From assembly GCF_009914755.1 (NCBI RefSeq), contig NC_060937.1: a DNA stretch of 64,000 nucleotides. One strand, written 5' to 3'. Shown in pieces: positions 28,883 to 42,019 of this stretch; positions within the stretch are counted from its first letter, which is position 1, and each line of letters starts with the position of its first letter. This DNA is from the human T2T-CHM13v2.0 reference genome, Homo sapiens. A program made the position numbers and the translations under genes. The notes under the pieces were generated by a model. That model was not told the origin of the DNA. It did not search any database and saw nothing but the letters and a program-made list of their open reading frames with translations.

Positions 28883-29378
28883 TGTGTCAGTCAGCGTTCT
28901 CCAGAGAAACAGAACCAATATGGTGTATACACAGATATATAACAGGAGGTTTATTATGGGAATCAGCTCATGGGATTATGGAGCTCAAGAAGTCCCATGA
29001 TCTGCCATCTGCTAGCCGGAGAACCAGGAAAGCTGTGATGTAATTCAGTCCAAGCCCGAAGGCTTAAGAAACTCAGGGGGCTGCTGGTGTAAGTCATGGA
29101 GTCTGAAGTCCTGAGTGCTTGTAGTTCTGATGACCAGAAGAAGATAGAGATAGGAGAAGCCTCTTCTTCTCCACAGGAGAAGGAGAGAATTTTGCCCCTC
29201 CTTTGCCTTTTTAGAGGATGCCTGCCTACCTCGGTAAGGGTGATCTTCTTCACTTAGTTTACCAATTCAAATACGTATCTCCTTCAGAAATACCCTCATA
29301 GACACACCCAGAAATATTTTACCAGCTGTTTGGACATTCGTTAGCTCAGTCAAGTTGACCAATAGAACTAATTAACAC
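28883..29378 (-). mobile_element. MLT2-family (ERVL) solo LTR
   Basis: 'agtcagcgttctccagagaaacagaaccaata...agaagtcccatgatctgccatctgc...gacacacccagaaata...cagtcaagttgac'. Confidence 0.85.
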
Positions 29379-30310
29379 ACCAACCATACACTGGTGACTC
29401 CCAGTCTATATCTCTTGTAGTTTGCTCATAACCTGATTGGATTTTCGATGTAAATGTTTCAGCCTCAACAAGGTTGCAAACATCTTGTGCACTGGGTATA
29501 TGTCTCATAATGTGTGTACTATTCAATGTAGCCAGCACCATTCTTTGTTTCTGGCAGGCAAATTTCATTGAAATTTGTAGAATAAAGTGCATATTTTCTG
29601 TTAAACAGTGTGCAAGGTTTAGTGCTCTTTTCTATGGCTGCTGAGTTATTCTCTGCCTTTCTCCAAACAGAATTAAGTAGGAATGTGACTTCATTTCTGC
29701 TTGTCCCTGGAGCAACTCTGCAGATTCACCTGGGCTGTCTAAGGCAGGAGTGATTTTTGTAAAGAGCTGGCTGCCTGTCTGCATGGTCTTGGATTGCTTG
29801 CAGCCTGAAGGAACCACTGGAAATAAAGTACGTAAGGAGCTAGGGTGTGCTCATGACAAAAGAAGAGGGAAGGAAATACATAGAAAAAGCAGAGGCTTCC
29901 CCTGTCCCTTTCCTGTCAAGGCCACAGTTACTCTCAAGAAGCTGCATGATTGACCCTATTGGGTGCTTTAATACCATTCCTAGAAGATGGCCAGGTGCAT
30001 ACTTGCACTTCAAATGTTGGCTTTCAAATATAGATGTCAGAGTACGAAGACTGAATAGCATTCAGGGTCAGTTCCCAGAATTCCAGCCTGGCTTTCTCAA
30101 GGTAGTAGTCACTGCCTTAACCATTTCCATCCATGTCCCCACTCTTTCCATTGGGAAAAATATAACTAAATTTTTTTCATCTACTCCCTGTAGACTTTGA
30201 ACTGGTTTATGCTTTAAAGACCACCAGTGCCTAAATGTCCCCTCATCATTGGCTCTTTTCCCATTTCCCAATGATTTTCATGTCAATGAAGTGTATCAAA
30301 CATTCTTACA

Positions 30311-30311
<1 letters not shown>

Positions 30312-30354
<43 letters not shown>

Positions 30355-30359
30355 ACACA
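30312..30359. repeat. (CA)n microsatellite
   Basis: Seen directly. Confidence 0.97.
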
Positions 30360-32009
30360 GATGTCATTTTTTTTCAGACTCTTAGCTCTCCATGAAAGAA
30401 AAGCAATAGTAGTACACTAACATTTAATTACATGTCTTTTTCCAACTATTTGGTAGTACTTTACATGAGGTTTTGGTTCTTTTTCTTCAAATATGTAACA
30501 ATCTGACAAAATATCCATATTTCCTTCAAATATGTAATCACCTCGTTCAGGTGAGACTTAGGTTTTGGGGGTTTTGAAGCACAAATCATCTGTATAACCA
30601 AGAGAGAATGGCTTCAGGTGTTCTAAATATTTTTTCAAAATGCACGCACACAATTGAAAGTCCTTTAATAACAATGAAAGATGCAGTTTTGGCCCTAGAA
30701 ACTCCCTAATGAATCAATACTTTCACTATGAATCAACTAAAAAGAAATTTAAAATTAGTTCTAGGGCCTGCTGAAATTCATTTGAAAAAAACTAATTTTG
30801 CACTCAGAAATCAATGTCTAATAGCTAGGTTTCAGCAGCCTTGATGGTGATTTGTGAATGTCAGTGGCAGCCCCATAGCTCGCTCGTGATGCTGTTCCAC
30901 CTGGAATCCACTGAGGTAGATGAGTTTCACGAAGGTATCAGTGGCCTTGGCATCAGATTTTACGTGACACTTTTCCTATGGTTGAAAACTGAGGTCACAT
31001 ATGAAAGATAAATGCAATAAAAAAATAGCAAAAATCTACCCAATAAACATGCAGCAAGAAGGCTGTCTTTATTTCTTGAATCTGGTATATATATGACATG
31101 CATATTTTGTTTTTCTCCATTTGACTAAGCAATCATCTTAAAGTAAAAGATTAACATATTGATGGACTGCTGGTAGTATGGGGAATTAACTGACAATTTT
31201 GATTGATGAAAAAAATTGTTTTTTGTTGTTGTTGTTGTGGAAGAAACAGATGTCTGAGAAACTTTAAGAAAGTCTTTTCTTCTACTAGCCATTGGATTCC
31301 AAGAGCTGTAATAAACTCCCTTGAGGATTTCGGAGTCCTTTGTGATAGCCTGGTAACACTTCTGGAGCAGGGCCCAGCAAACTGGAAATGTTCCCATTCT
31401 GTGATCACTGAAGAAGCAGCCCTCTTTTTGTATCAGAATTTCTGTAGCTTGCTTTGAATTTATTTTTAAGAATTGAAAGCAGCGCTCCAGCTCTTCAGTC
31501 AGTACGAATGAAGAAAGCAGACCTCTTCATGCATGTTAGCTGGGTTCTTCCATTGAAGAGGAGCTTTTGGGACTTCATCCAGAGGCCAGGAGGTACCCTG
31601 CCTACTGCAGCACTCCAGGCCAGATGAGAGCAGCCCCGCAAAACCATAACATGAACTTTACAGATACTTCCGCCAAGCCCTCAAAGGCTCATGGCTCTTA
31701 TGGATCCCAGCCTGGTTTGCATGGCTCTTACTCCTGGGCTCTTTTCCATCCACTTGGATTGTTTCTCTTAAGAGCCACTCTACTCCCCAAGTTGAGGCCA
31801 CACTCCTGGCCCTAGCTGTAAAGCAAGGTGGTCTAATGTATAGTTGAGAGTATGGCTCTGGGCCACACTATTTAGGTTCACATACCAATTTCACAACTTA
31901 CTAACTGGGCAAGTCACATAAGTTATCTGTGCTTTAGTTTTGCATCAATAAGATGGGGGGTGGGGAGTTATAATACTACCAACCTCATAAGATTTCCAGA
32001 AGATTAAAT

Positions 32010-32570
32010 GACTTTATTAGTCAGGGTTCTCCAGAGGGACAGTGCCAATAGGATATATGTATATATGAAAGGGAGTTTCTTAGAGAGAAACTTCACAAGG
32101 TGAAGTTCCACAATAGGCTGTCTGCAAGCTGGGGAAGAAAGAAGCTGGTAGTGGCTCAGTCCAAGTCTGAAAGCCTCAAAACCATGTAAGCCAACACTGC
32201 AGCCTTCAGTGTGTGGCCAAAGGCCTGCGAGACCCCCGCAAGCCACTGGTACAAGTCCCAGAGCCCAAAGGCAAAAGAACTGGCAGTCTGATGTCCAAAG
32301 GCAGGAGGAGCAAAAGGGAGCATCCAGCAAGGGAAAAAGATGGAAGCCAGAAGTCCCAGCAAGCCAGCTTATCTCTCCTCCTAGCCACACTGGCAGTTGA
32401 TTGGATGGTGACCACCCACATTGAGGGTGAGTCTTCCTCTCCCAGTCCACCAACTCAAATGTCAATCTCCTCTGGCAACACCCTTACGGACACACCCAGA
32501 AACGATACTTTACCAGCCATCCAGACATCCTTCAATCCAATAGAGTTGACACCTAGTATTAACCATTACA
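32010..32570 (-). mobile_element. MLT2A/B (ERVL) solo LTR inserted in a MIR (31830-32000 and 32571-32650)
   Basis: 'ttagtcagggttctccagagggacag...cccagtccaccaactcaaatgtcaatctc...gacacacccagaaacgatactt...ttaaccattaca'. Confidence 0.88.
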
Positions 32571-33480
32571 TTGACCTAATACATGTTAAGCACTTAGAAT
32601 GTTGCCTGATATGCAGTAGATTCTAAGTAAATATTAGCTGTTACTATCATCACATCATTCACTTTATTTCACTCACAACATTTACTAAAGCAGTGAAAGT
32701 GGAGGTGGGGGGATTGTTTCTCACGCAGATGCCAAGCCCTGAGGCAGTACACACCTCTTGCCCTGTTGAGCTGCTGAGGCTTCACAGGAAGGAGGCACCT
32801 GCAGAATGAGCTTGATGGAGCCCATCCTGCCATAGCTCTGAGCTGGGATGAAGCCCTTTCCAGTGGCTGAGCCACAGAATTTCCTCCTGGGGGTGGCGTC
32901 ACCTGGAAATGATGGCGTTGGTCAGGTGAACTTGGACTTGTGGCTATTTCTGCAGCTTTCATGTAAAATAATAGCTTGGGAATAAATTCACACTCAACTA
33001 GGCTTCTCAGACTATGCTATAGATTCATTATTTTAAAAGTATCATGAAATTAAAAATACCACTTTTATATTCATTTGGCTATAATATTTTCTTTAAAATT
33101 CCATTTGTGTGCCCTCCTTGAATTAAAGCCATTTGGAAGCATTAGTTCATTGCCCTTTAAACCTGTATTTGTGAAAACCTTTGGGTCAACAACTCTGGTT
33201 TTTGTTTTGACTCCCTGTTCTGGTAGCCAAAATGTGATTGCAGTTCCAAGGCGAATCTCATGTATGTATTCTGATTCTGATGGTGTTCAATTCTTGAATG
33301 CCCACCACCAAAATGCTGGTGGGCATGTCTCACTATTTCAGTGTGATTTAGTTCTTCTGCCTGCCTGCGGCCAGGATAAAGAATAATAGAAAATGAGGCT
33401 CTGCATTCCAAATGAAACGTAAACAAATCCCTTTGCCTTAGGTTGTTCTCTGGTTCCTAGTTACAGTTGCTCCAGCTATA

Positions 33481-33786
33481 CAGTCGTCCCTCAGTATCTG
33501 CTGGGTATTGGTTCTAGGACCCCCTTAGGTACCACAATCCCTGGGTACCTTTTAAGTCTCTTATATAAAATGTCATAATGTTTGTATATAATCCACCCAA
33601 TCATCCCGTATACTTTAAATCATCTCCAGATTACTTTTAATACCTAACACAATGTAAATGCTAAGTAAATAGTTGTTATACTGTATTTTTATTTGTATTA
33701 TTTTTTATTGTTTCTTGAAAAATATTTTTGATCCTCAGTTGGTTGAATCTGTGGATGTGGAACCCATGGATAGGAAGGACGGGCTG
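33481..33786. mobile_element. MER2 (TcMar-Tigger) MITE
   Basis: TIR-like ends 'cagtcgtccctcagtatc' and 'gataggaaggacgggctg', flanked by TA on both sides. Confidence 0.88.
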
Positions 33787-34170
33787 TAATATGAGCCTTT
33801 TGGGAATCATGTTTTATCTTTCTTTACATCTCCATGGTGCTCAGTACTTACAAAGTATCTCATAAAAACCTCTGATTGCGCTTTGGTAAATAAATGCTTG
33901 TTGAATGCATGAATAAAAACCAATAATCTTTTTGTACTCCTTTTTTGGGTGGTCACAAGACAGGTTCTCTGTACTCTGCTGTTCTGTTTCCTATCCAAGC
34001 TCATGTTAAACTTTAAACTGGCCGGAGGTTCATAACAATCGTAGCTCAACTTTTGCAATTCGTGGATAGTAAAGCTTAAAACAAAACAAAACAAAACAAA
34101 ACCCCTGGGGATTAACATATGGTTTTCAACTTATTCCAAATAAGAAAGTTCATTAAAAATAACTAGCATT

Positions 34171-34929
<759 letters not shown>

Positions 34930-34967
34930 ATCATCTATATGTTCCATCATTCCATTAAATGAAGAAT

Positions 34968-35427
34968 GTTTTTTGTTTGTTTGTTTTTAGACAGAGTCTT
35001 TCTCTGTCACCCAGGCTGGAGTGTAGTGGAATCATGGCTTGCTGCAGCCTTGACTTCCAGGGCTCAAGTGATCCTCCCACCTCAGCCTCCCGAGTACTTG
35101 TGACTACAGATGTGTGCCACTATGCCCAGCTGATTTTAAAATATTTTTAAAAATATTTTAAATATTTTAAAATATTTTTAAAAATATTTTAAATATTTTA
35201 AAATATTTTTAAATATTTTAAATATTTTAAAATATTTTTAAATTTTTTAAATATTTTAAAATATTTTTTAAATATTTTAAACATTTTTTAAATATTTTAA
35301 ATATTTTTTAATAGAGACAGGGTTTCACCATGTTGCCCAGGCTGGTCTTGAACTCCTGGCTCAAGCAGTCCTTCTTCTTGGCCTCCCAACGTGCTGGGAT
35401 TACAGGCGTGAGCCACTGCATCCAGCC
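34968..35427 (-). mobile_element. AluJ whose linker is expanded into a ~180-bp AT-only repeat (35133-35313)
   Basis: Both Alu arms are recognisable. The linker consists of (aaatatttt)-type units. Confidence 0.92.
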
Positions 35428-35608
35428 AATAAACCTTTAAGGTCAAAAAAGCAGGGAGATGAGATCTCCTAAAAGCACATTGGCAATTTTGCATGATATA
35501 CAGATGTACAGAGAGGTACATGTATTTGGGGGCTATCAAGGCATAGGTCTGTTGTTCTTAGCTGTTCCGAAGACAACAGGGGAAAATACCATTGTGGGTG
35601 TGTGAAGG

Positions 35609-35729
35609 AAACCCAGAGCTACCAAGTGAGCTACCCAGAAGCTACCAAGCAGTGTAAAGAGCTACCAAGAGCTACCAAGCAGTGTAAAGAGCTACCAAAA
35701 ACCCAGAGCTACCAAGCAGTGTAAAGAGC
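35609..35729. repeat. Scrambled short tandem repeat (7 x GCTACC core, 3 x CAGTGTAAAGAGC)
   Basis: Seen directly. Modules of 'aaacccagagctaccaagcagtgtaaagagc' are re-used in irregular order. Confidence 0.93.
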
Positions 35730-36399
35730 CAGCCCAGCCTCTATCCACAGGTGCAAAGCTGCCTGCCACAGCCTTCTTTCATGTGTGAAGGCATAGCTCT
35801 CCTACTTCTGAGCACTTTCCATTGACTTCCAGAAACATGCTCGATCCAGCACTGGAGAATATGACTTGCTTTTTTAACGGGAATTGAATTAGGGAAGTTC
35901 CATAAGTTTAATTTAAGTCTACATGAAATCTATTAAGCGTATTCAGATTCTATTCCAATACATTTTAGAGTTCATGAATAACAAGTAAATGTCTAGACTA
36001 GCTTTGTAGAAGCCCTCAACTTTCAGAGTCTTTTCAGATTCTTTCTTTAAAATATCTACATTTTTCTCTTGTATAAATATTTTTAAAGAGAGTCTAGTGA
36101 CAGGGCCTGAGTGCTTTGCTATATTCATTGTGAAATATCTTCATTCTTAACTCTGTTCTCAAATTGAAGCCTGTAGAGGTGTGATCAACTTAGTGAGCCT
36201 AATTTTCCCTGGCAGTTCCTTGCACTGGATGGAGAAGGGAAAATGAGGCTCATTCTTGTGGCAGGAAATAGCCACCCCTTCACCTAGCACTGCATAAGGC
36301 TGCTCCATGCTGATTTCCTCACAATGGCGATATGGACAGACAGCTTGAGAAACGTGTTATTTCTCTCATAAGCTTCAAAGTCATGGTAACAGTACTGTT

Positions 36400-36740
36400 C
36401 TGATGAGCTTGACCTCTGAAGTCAGACAGACCTGGGTTCAAATCCTGGCTCTGTCACTGATTAGCTGTATGATATTGGTAAGTTGATGATCTCTCTAAGC
36501 ATCAGTTTCCTTATTTGGGATGGTATTAGCATGATTTACCTCATTGTGAAAACTGAATGGACTGGGAGCTGTGGTGGTTCAGGCCGGTTGTCCTGGCATA
36601 TGAGGAGGTGAGGCTATGTGTTTGAGGCCAACCTGGACAACGTTAAAAGCCTCACATCCTTAAAAAAAGAAACTTGAATAGAAAGCACTCAGCACAGAGT
36701 ACTTAATATTAATGGTACTTAATCATTATTCAATAAACGT
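36400..36740 (+). mobile_element. MIR interrupted by an ancient 7SL-derived monomer (FLAM_A/FAM-like, ~36559-36670)
   Basis: MIR head 'gaagtcagacagacctgggttcaaatcctggctctg'. The insert has 'gtggtggttcagg...tttgaggccaacctggacaac', an A-tail and decayed TSD 'gaaaactgaat'/'gaaacttgaat'. Confidence 0.65.
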
Positions 36741-37859
36741 TGCTTTAATATTGTCTAGGTATCATTTATACAAATTTTGGAGATGTTGGATGACTAATAT
36801 TCTCTGTATGCTAAAACTCCAAAACTTTTCCCTCCCTTCCTGCATTGATGTCTGAAGATTGATTTGATAGGAGGCAGTTGTTACTCAAAGGAGTTAGCAT
36901 CTAATGGATGTTCTCTGGTAACTTGGGTCCCTCTGGAGTTGCACATTAGATAGCTCGGGTGATGGGGGCATTGGCTGATAGTTTGATGTTTGCTTTAGAA
37001 TGCATGTGCTATTTCTGTGGAAATCCCCTTTATATCTATGAGATATCCACATGTCAAAAGTGATTTTCATCTTCATTCTTTCCCACTTCTCCTCCCATCC
37101 TTCTGACCCCCTTACAGGACAAGAGCTTCATTATCCCTTTTTCTCAGGTTTACTTGAGAGACTTCTGTCTTTGCCAGGCTTGGTACCCAGACCATCTGGA
37201 GGCTATTGAAAGGGAAGGATCAGTCCATAGTGAGAGTCATTCATTTCTCCCTCCAGCTCATCCCTATCTGGGTATTGGCTGTCAGCACTCTACTAGGCTC
37301 ACAGTTCTTGTTTTGTTTTTCAGACAGGCAGCTTGATGTCATGGGGCCCCATACACCTTTACCCTCACCTGCCAGCAGATGCTACTTGCCCATTAGTTCA
37401 CCGTTAGATCCGTGTCGCACCATTTAATGAGACTTTTAAAAGTACCTTTTGCAGCAGAAGCCTGTCTGTTGGAAACATATCCCACATTTAGTTCTCTGTC
37501 TCTCTCACTCTCATACTTTCTGTGTTCCCCGGATCATGATAGCTTGATAGCACCAGCAAGTTGATATCTCGGCATCATCTTTGATCCCCTTCATCTTTAC
37601 CCTTACAGCCACTCAACCTTCAGATTCCGTTGCATCTGCCTCCACAATCCTCCTTGACTTTACCTTCTTTCCTTCCCCACAGGCATTGTCCTAGTCCAGG
37701 CCACCTTATCTTGCCACCCACAGTGCTTCTGGATTGACCTCTCTGCCTCCAGTCTTTTCCCAAATATTGCAGAGAGAGTCATCTTTCTGAAACACACATC
37801 TGATCACCAATGATGCCTTGTTGTCCTGTGGATAAACCGCATGCTCTTCAGTGGAGCTT

Positions 37860-38110
37860 ACAGCATGGTGCACCATAGCACAGTGGGTCACAGGTTGAAC
37901 CTCAAAGTCAGGCATATGGGTTCAAAGGATGGCACCATCACTTACTAGCTTTGTGATCTTAAATGAGTTGCTTTACCTTTCTGTGTCTCAAGTTATCTCA
38001 AAATAGAGATAATATTATTTCATAAGATTGTTGTGAAGAGTAAATGTGATGATACATGTAGAGTTCTTTGACCAGAGCCTGATATATACATTAGGCATTC
38101 CAAAATGTTA
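37860..38110 (+). mobile_element. MIR SINE
   Basis: 'gggttcaaa...cacttactagctttgtgatctt...ctgtgtctcaagttatctc...ttgttgtgaagagtaaatg'. Confidence 0.7.
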
Positions 38111-39113
38111 ACTACTGCGACCGCAACTGCTGCACGGCTAACTGCAGATGCCCTAATATCCCACTGCTGTCCTGGCTGGGGTACTGGCAAAAGGCTTAGG
38201 TTGTCTAGAAATCTAACTTTCTTCCTTCAATATCTGCAATGAAAATGGAGCTGAAGGATATTAAAGAACACCATCGTTTCTGATCCCCAATCTGAAAAAT
38301 ACTAAGGAGATGACACCAGCATCTGGAGTGGGTGTGCGTGGGAGGGAAAGGAGGAGGTGAAGATGTGATTTGATGTATCACTTCAGCTAGAGATGTAATG
38401 CAGTGGAGTGGTTTTTACCACAACTGAAACCAAGAGTGAAAGATGAATTTAAAGGGTTCTAGATCAGTCTAAACCAGGCTGACTTTCTCTAAGTCCAGCA
38501 GGGCATAGGGGCTCCAAGCCTGTAAAAACTGGCATGGTTTCTGGGCTATACAGATACTAATATTTCACACATTTGTAGTCTCCACCTTGTTGCATCAAAG
38601 CCTCATCATTTGGACTCTGCAGCTGTAAACAAAAATTCTATGACTTTAAAAAATTCAATATACAAACTAAGTATAGGGAAAGTAATTATGTTTCAAAGGA
38701 TAGCTTTAAAAACTTTGTAATGCTCTCCATCCCTAAATTTTCTTAGGCCTAAATAAATGGCTTTATATTCCTAAAGAGGGCCCATTATCTTAATGATTTT
38801 AAATTGAGCTTTCTAGAACTATACCATTTTTGTATAAAAGTTAATTAGATAAGGCAGCATCTGCACTTTTTTCTTATCTATTTATATGAATGAGACCATC
38901 CTTTGAAAAATGTGCATTCTGTAGTGGCCCACTGAAGGGAAATTAGACAAATGCAGCCAAGAGAACCCTTGTCACCGACCAGCCAGGGTGATAAGAATGC
39001 CGATTAAATGCACACCTGATTTGTTTCAAGTAGGATGGGAGTGTATCTATTTCATTCAAAGATTTCTTGGATTTACCTTCCAGAAGACTCCTGTGTTTGG
39101 GATTGCCCTAGAT

Positions 39114-39319
39114 CAGTGGTTCTTAGCCAAGGAGGATTTTGCCTCCAGAAGACATTTGGCAATATCTGAAGATGTTTTTAGTTTTTACAACTAAAGGGGT
39201 GGGTGTTACCGGCATCTACTGGGCAGAGGCCAGGGATGCTGCTGAACATCCTGCAATGCATGGGACAGGCCACCACAGCAGAGGACTGTCCAGCCCCACA
39301 TGCAGTTGCAAGACCCTGG
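39114..39319. mobile_element. MER20 hAT-Charlie MITE
   Basis: 'cagtggttctt...gacatttggcaatatctgaaga...ggcatctactgggcagaggccagggatgctgctgaacatcctgcaatgca'. Confidence 0.9.
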
Positions 39320-39604
39320 AATAGATGTTTTTGGCCTGGCGGGATAGTCTGGGTGAGGCTCCTTCTGGTGCTTATCCTGAATCTCCATCCAGAATAGCTC
39401 TAGATAGGGCTTAGTCCAGAAAGGTCTCCAGTGAACTCTTGGGGCTAGAGAAATAAGTTTTCTCATTATTCCCCTAAAATCTCCCTCACTTGTTTACTGA
39501 GTTCTAAAGTTATATCAAAATTTGAAATGAGGTTTAAATTGTGACTATATCTGAGAAGGAGGACAGGTTGACTTCAATTTTAAAAAATACATGGGCAGTT
39601 ATAA

Positions 39605-39886
39605 TTTTCTTTTCTTTTTTTTTTTTTTTGAGACGGAATCTGGCTCTGTCAGCCAGGCTGGTGCCATCTCACTGCAACCTCTGCCTCCCAGTTCAAGTGA
39701 TTCTCCTCCTGAGCAGCTGGGATTACGGGCATGTGCCACCATGCCTGGCTAATTTTTGTACTTATAGAAGAGATGGGATTTCATCATGTTGGCCAGGCTG
39801 GTCTCGAATTCCTGACCTCAAGTGATCCACCTGCCCTCGGCTTCCCAAAGTGCTGAGATTACTTGTGTGAACCACCACGCCCAGCC
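39605..39886 (-). mobile_element. AluS with small internal deletions
   Basis: Dimer with gaps in the right arm. TSD 'tataattttctt'. Confidence 0.92.
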
Positions 39887-39942
39887 TATAATTTTCTTGA
39901 CAAGCAATTTTGATGAGGTAGGGAGAACACAAAGTCCCTAGG

Positions 39943-40125
39943 CAGGGTTGCCAGATTTAGTAAATAAAAATACAGAACATCCAGTTAATTTGGATTTTAG
40001 ATAGGCAAGAAATAATATTTTAGTGTTTGTCCCAAATATAAGACATATTTCTACTAAAAAGTTATTTGCTGTTTATTGGAGCTTCACATTTAATTGGACA
40101 TCCTGTATTTTATCTGGTCACTCTG
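39943..40125. mobile_element. MER53 palindromic hAT MITE
   Basis: 'cagggttgccagatttag...aaaatacagaacatccagttaa' pairs with 'ttaattggacatcctgtatttt...atctggtcactctg'. Confidence 0.82.
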
Positions 40126-41239
40126 TCTCTGAGTGATCAGAGAAGGTGAAGGTAATTCTTGAAGAAGAGAAAAGGCCAAGAGTTGGGGGCCTATAAGACA
40201 TATTGCATCTGTGATAACTTATTTAATCTCTCTGTTCCTGAGTTTTGTCAGGTGTTAAGTGGGGGTAAAAATAGTACTCACTTTACATAGAAGTTATGAG
40301 GATTGTTAGTTAATGTATATAAAGTACTCAGAAAAATACCTGACTACGTAAAAACTTTGTCCATGTTAGCTATTATTATTATTATTAGGACTATAAGTAT
40401 CATTCCAAGGCAACTGGGTGCATCTTGGTCTGGCCTTTTCTCTTTTGTACTACTGAAATTAACTTTACTTTTATCATTTGGAAGGGTAGCAAATGAGGAA
40501 TCCTTTCCCCCCACTTTTCCAAGGGGGTTATACGTGTGGCTATTATTTGGTACTGCTATTGGGTAACAGACAACCTCCAAACCAAGGCACACATTTTGCC
40601 TTGAAAAAGATTAATTGCCAAGAAGAATCATCTGCATTTCAGAGTAGCCCCATGTTTGATTTCTGCCAGTTGCCAACCTGACAGTACTTGCATTAATCCT
40701 GTCAGATATCAAAGGTGAGTTACAGTCACTATGGAGAAAGAATCTGTGTCAGTACAAGATAATTTGTCACGCTGATTCTGCAGTGAAGAATGATTAGAGT
40801 TCTGGGTAGAGCAATTTTCCTGGGGATATCTGAATCTGTATCTACAGCTGAATGTAGCAAAGAGTTTCTTCAACATAGGGTTTAAAAAATCCTTTTCACA
40901 GAGATGTCCGAAGTATTCTGTTCTTCTTTTCAAAAACCTTTAATAACTTTTTCTTACCTACAGAATAATAGAATTGTATGAGATCACCTAACATCTGAAG
41001 GGAGACCAGGGTAAGATTAACCCAGAAGAAACCTAAGAAGGAAGACAGGAGAAGAGGGATAGAATTTTATCTTGAAGCCAATGGAGAAGAGCATTTCAAA
41101 ATAGAAGGGTTGGTAAACAGTGCCAAATTCTTAGGGTTAGGAATCTGTTGGGAAGGAGTTTAAGAAGACTTTTGATCTAGATGATTACATAAATTGTTAC
41201 TTTGACAGATTTTTATCTGCTCCTAACACACAGTAATGA

Positions 41240-41660
41240 CAGATAAAATATGAAAGAAGAAAATTCAAAAGATACATTTAGGCTAAAAGATACAGTCACT
41301 GAAATGAAAAAACAAAAACAAAAGCAAAAATCCTCAATAGGTATAATGAGTTATAGTTTTAACACAGTTAAAAAGAGCATTAGAAATTTGGAAGATAGTA
41401 TAGAATAATTAACCCAGAAAATAGAACAAAAACATAAAGAGATTCAAAAATATGAAAAAGGTGTTAAGAGACACAGCAAGTAGATTTATGATTTTCCATA
41501 TTTTTAAGAGGAGTTCCAAAGAAAGAGACTGAATAAAATGCTAGATATTTTAAGAGGTATTTGACATTTTTCCTGAATTAAAGAAAGACATGAATCCTTA
41601 TAGCAAGTGTGCACTTATGAACTCAAACTTACAAGTAGGACTAGTAAAGATAAATTCACA
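41240..41660 (+). mobile_element. Old L1M ORF1-region fragment
   Basis: A-rich, with 'gaggagttccaaagaaagaga' and 'tttcctgaattaaagaaagacatgaatcct'. Confidence 0.55.
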
Positions 41661-41661
41661 T

Positions 41662-42010
41662 TGTTATGGGTTGAATTGTGTTCCGCAAAAGATATGTTGA
41701 GGTCTTAACCCTTGACTGTGAATCTATTTTTGCACATAGGATCTTTGGAGATGTAATCAAATCATACTGGATTAGGATAAGCCCTAATTCTGTGAATGGT
41801 GACTTTGTAAGAGGAAGAAGAGGGATATTTGGATACACAGATACAAAGGAAACACAGGGAAGAGGTCCATATTAAGGCAGAGGCAGAGATTGCAGTGATG
41901 CAGCTGCAAGTCAACGAACATGAAAAATTGCCAACAACCGTAAGCTAGGAAAGAGGCAAGCAAGGATTCTTTTCCACAGCCTTCAGAGAGAGCATGGCCC
42001 TGCTGACAAT
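41662..42010 (+). mobile_element. MLT1B MaLR LTR (3' part missing)
   Basis: 'tgttatgggttgaattgtgttcc...aaaagatatgttgaggtcttaaccc...gccttcagagagagcatggccctgctgaca'. Confidence 0.82.
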
Positions 42011-42019
42011 TTGTGCTAT

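Noticed and set aside
35609-35729. Repeat-spacer (CRISPR-like) appearance
   Set aside because: Eukaryotic context, a 6-10-bp core, and spacers that are copies of each other rather than unique. No cas genes.
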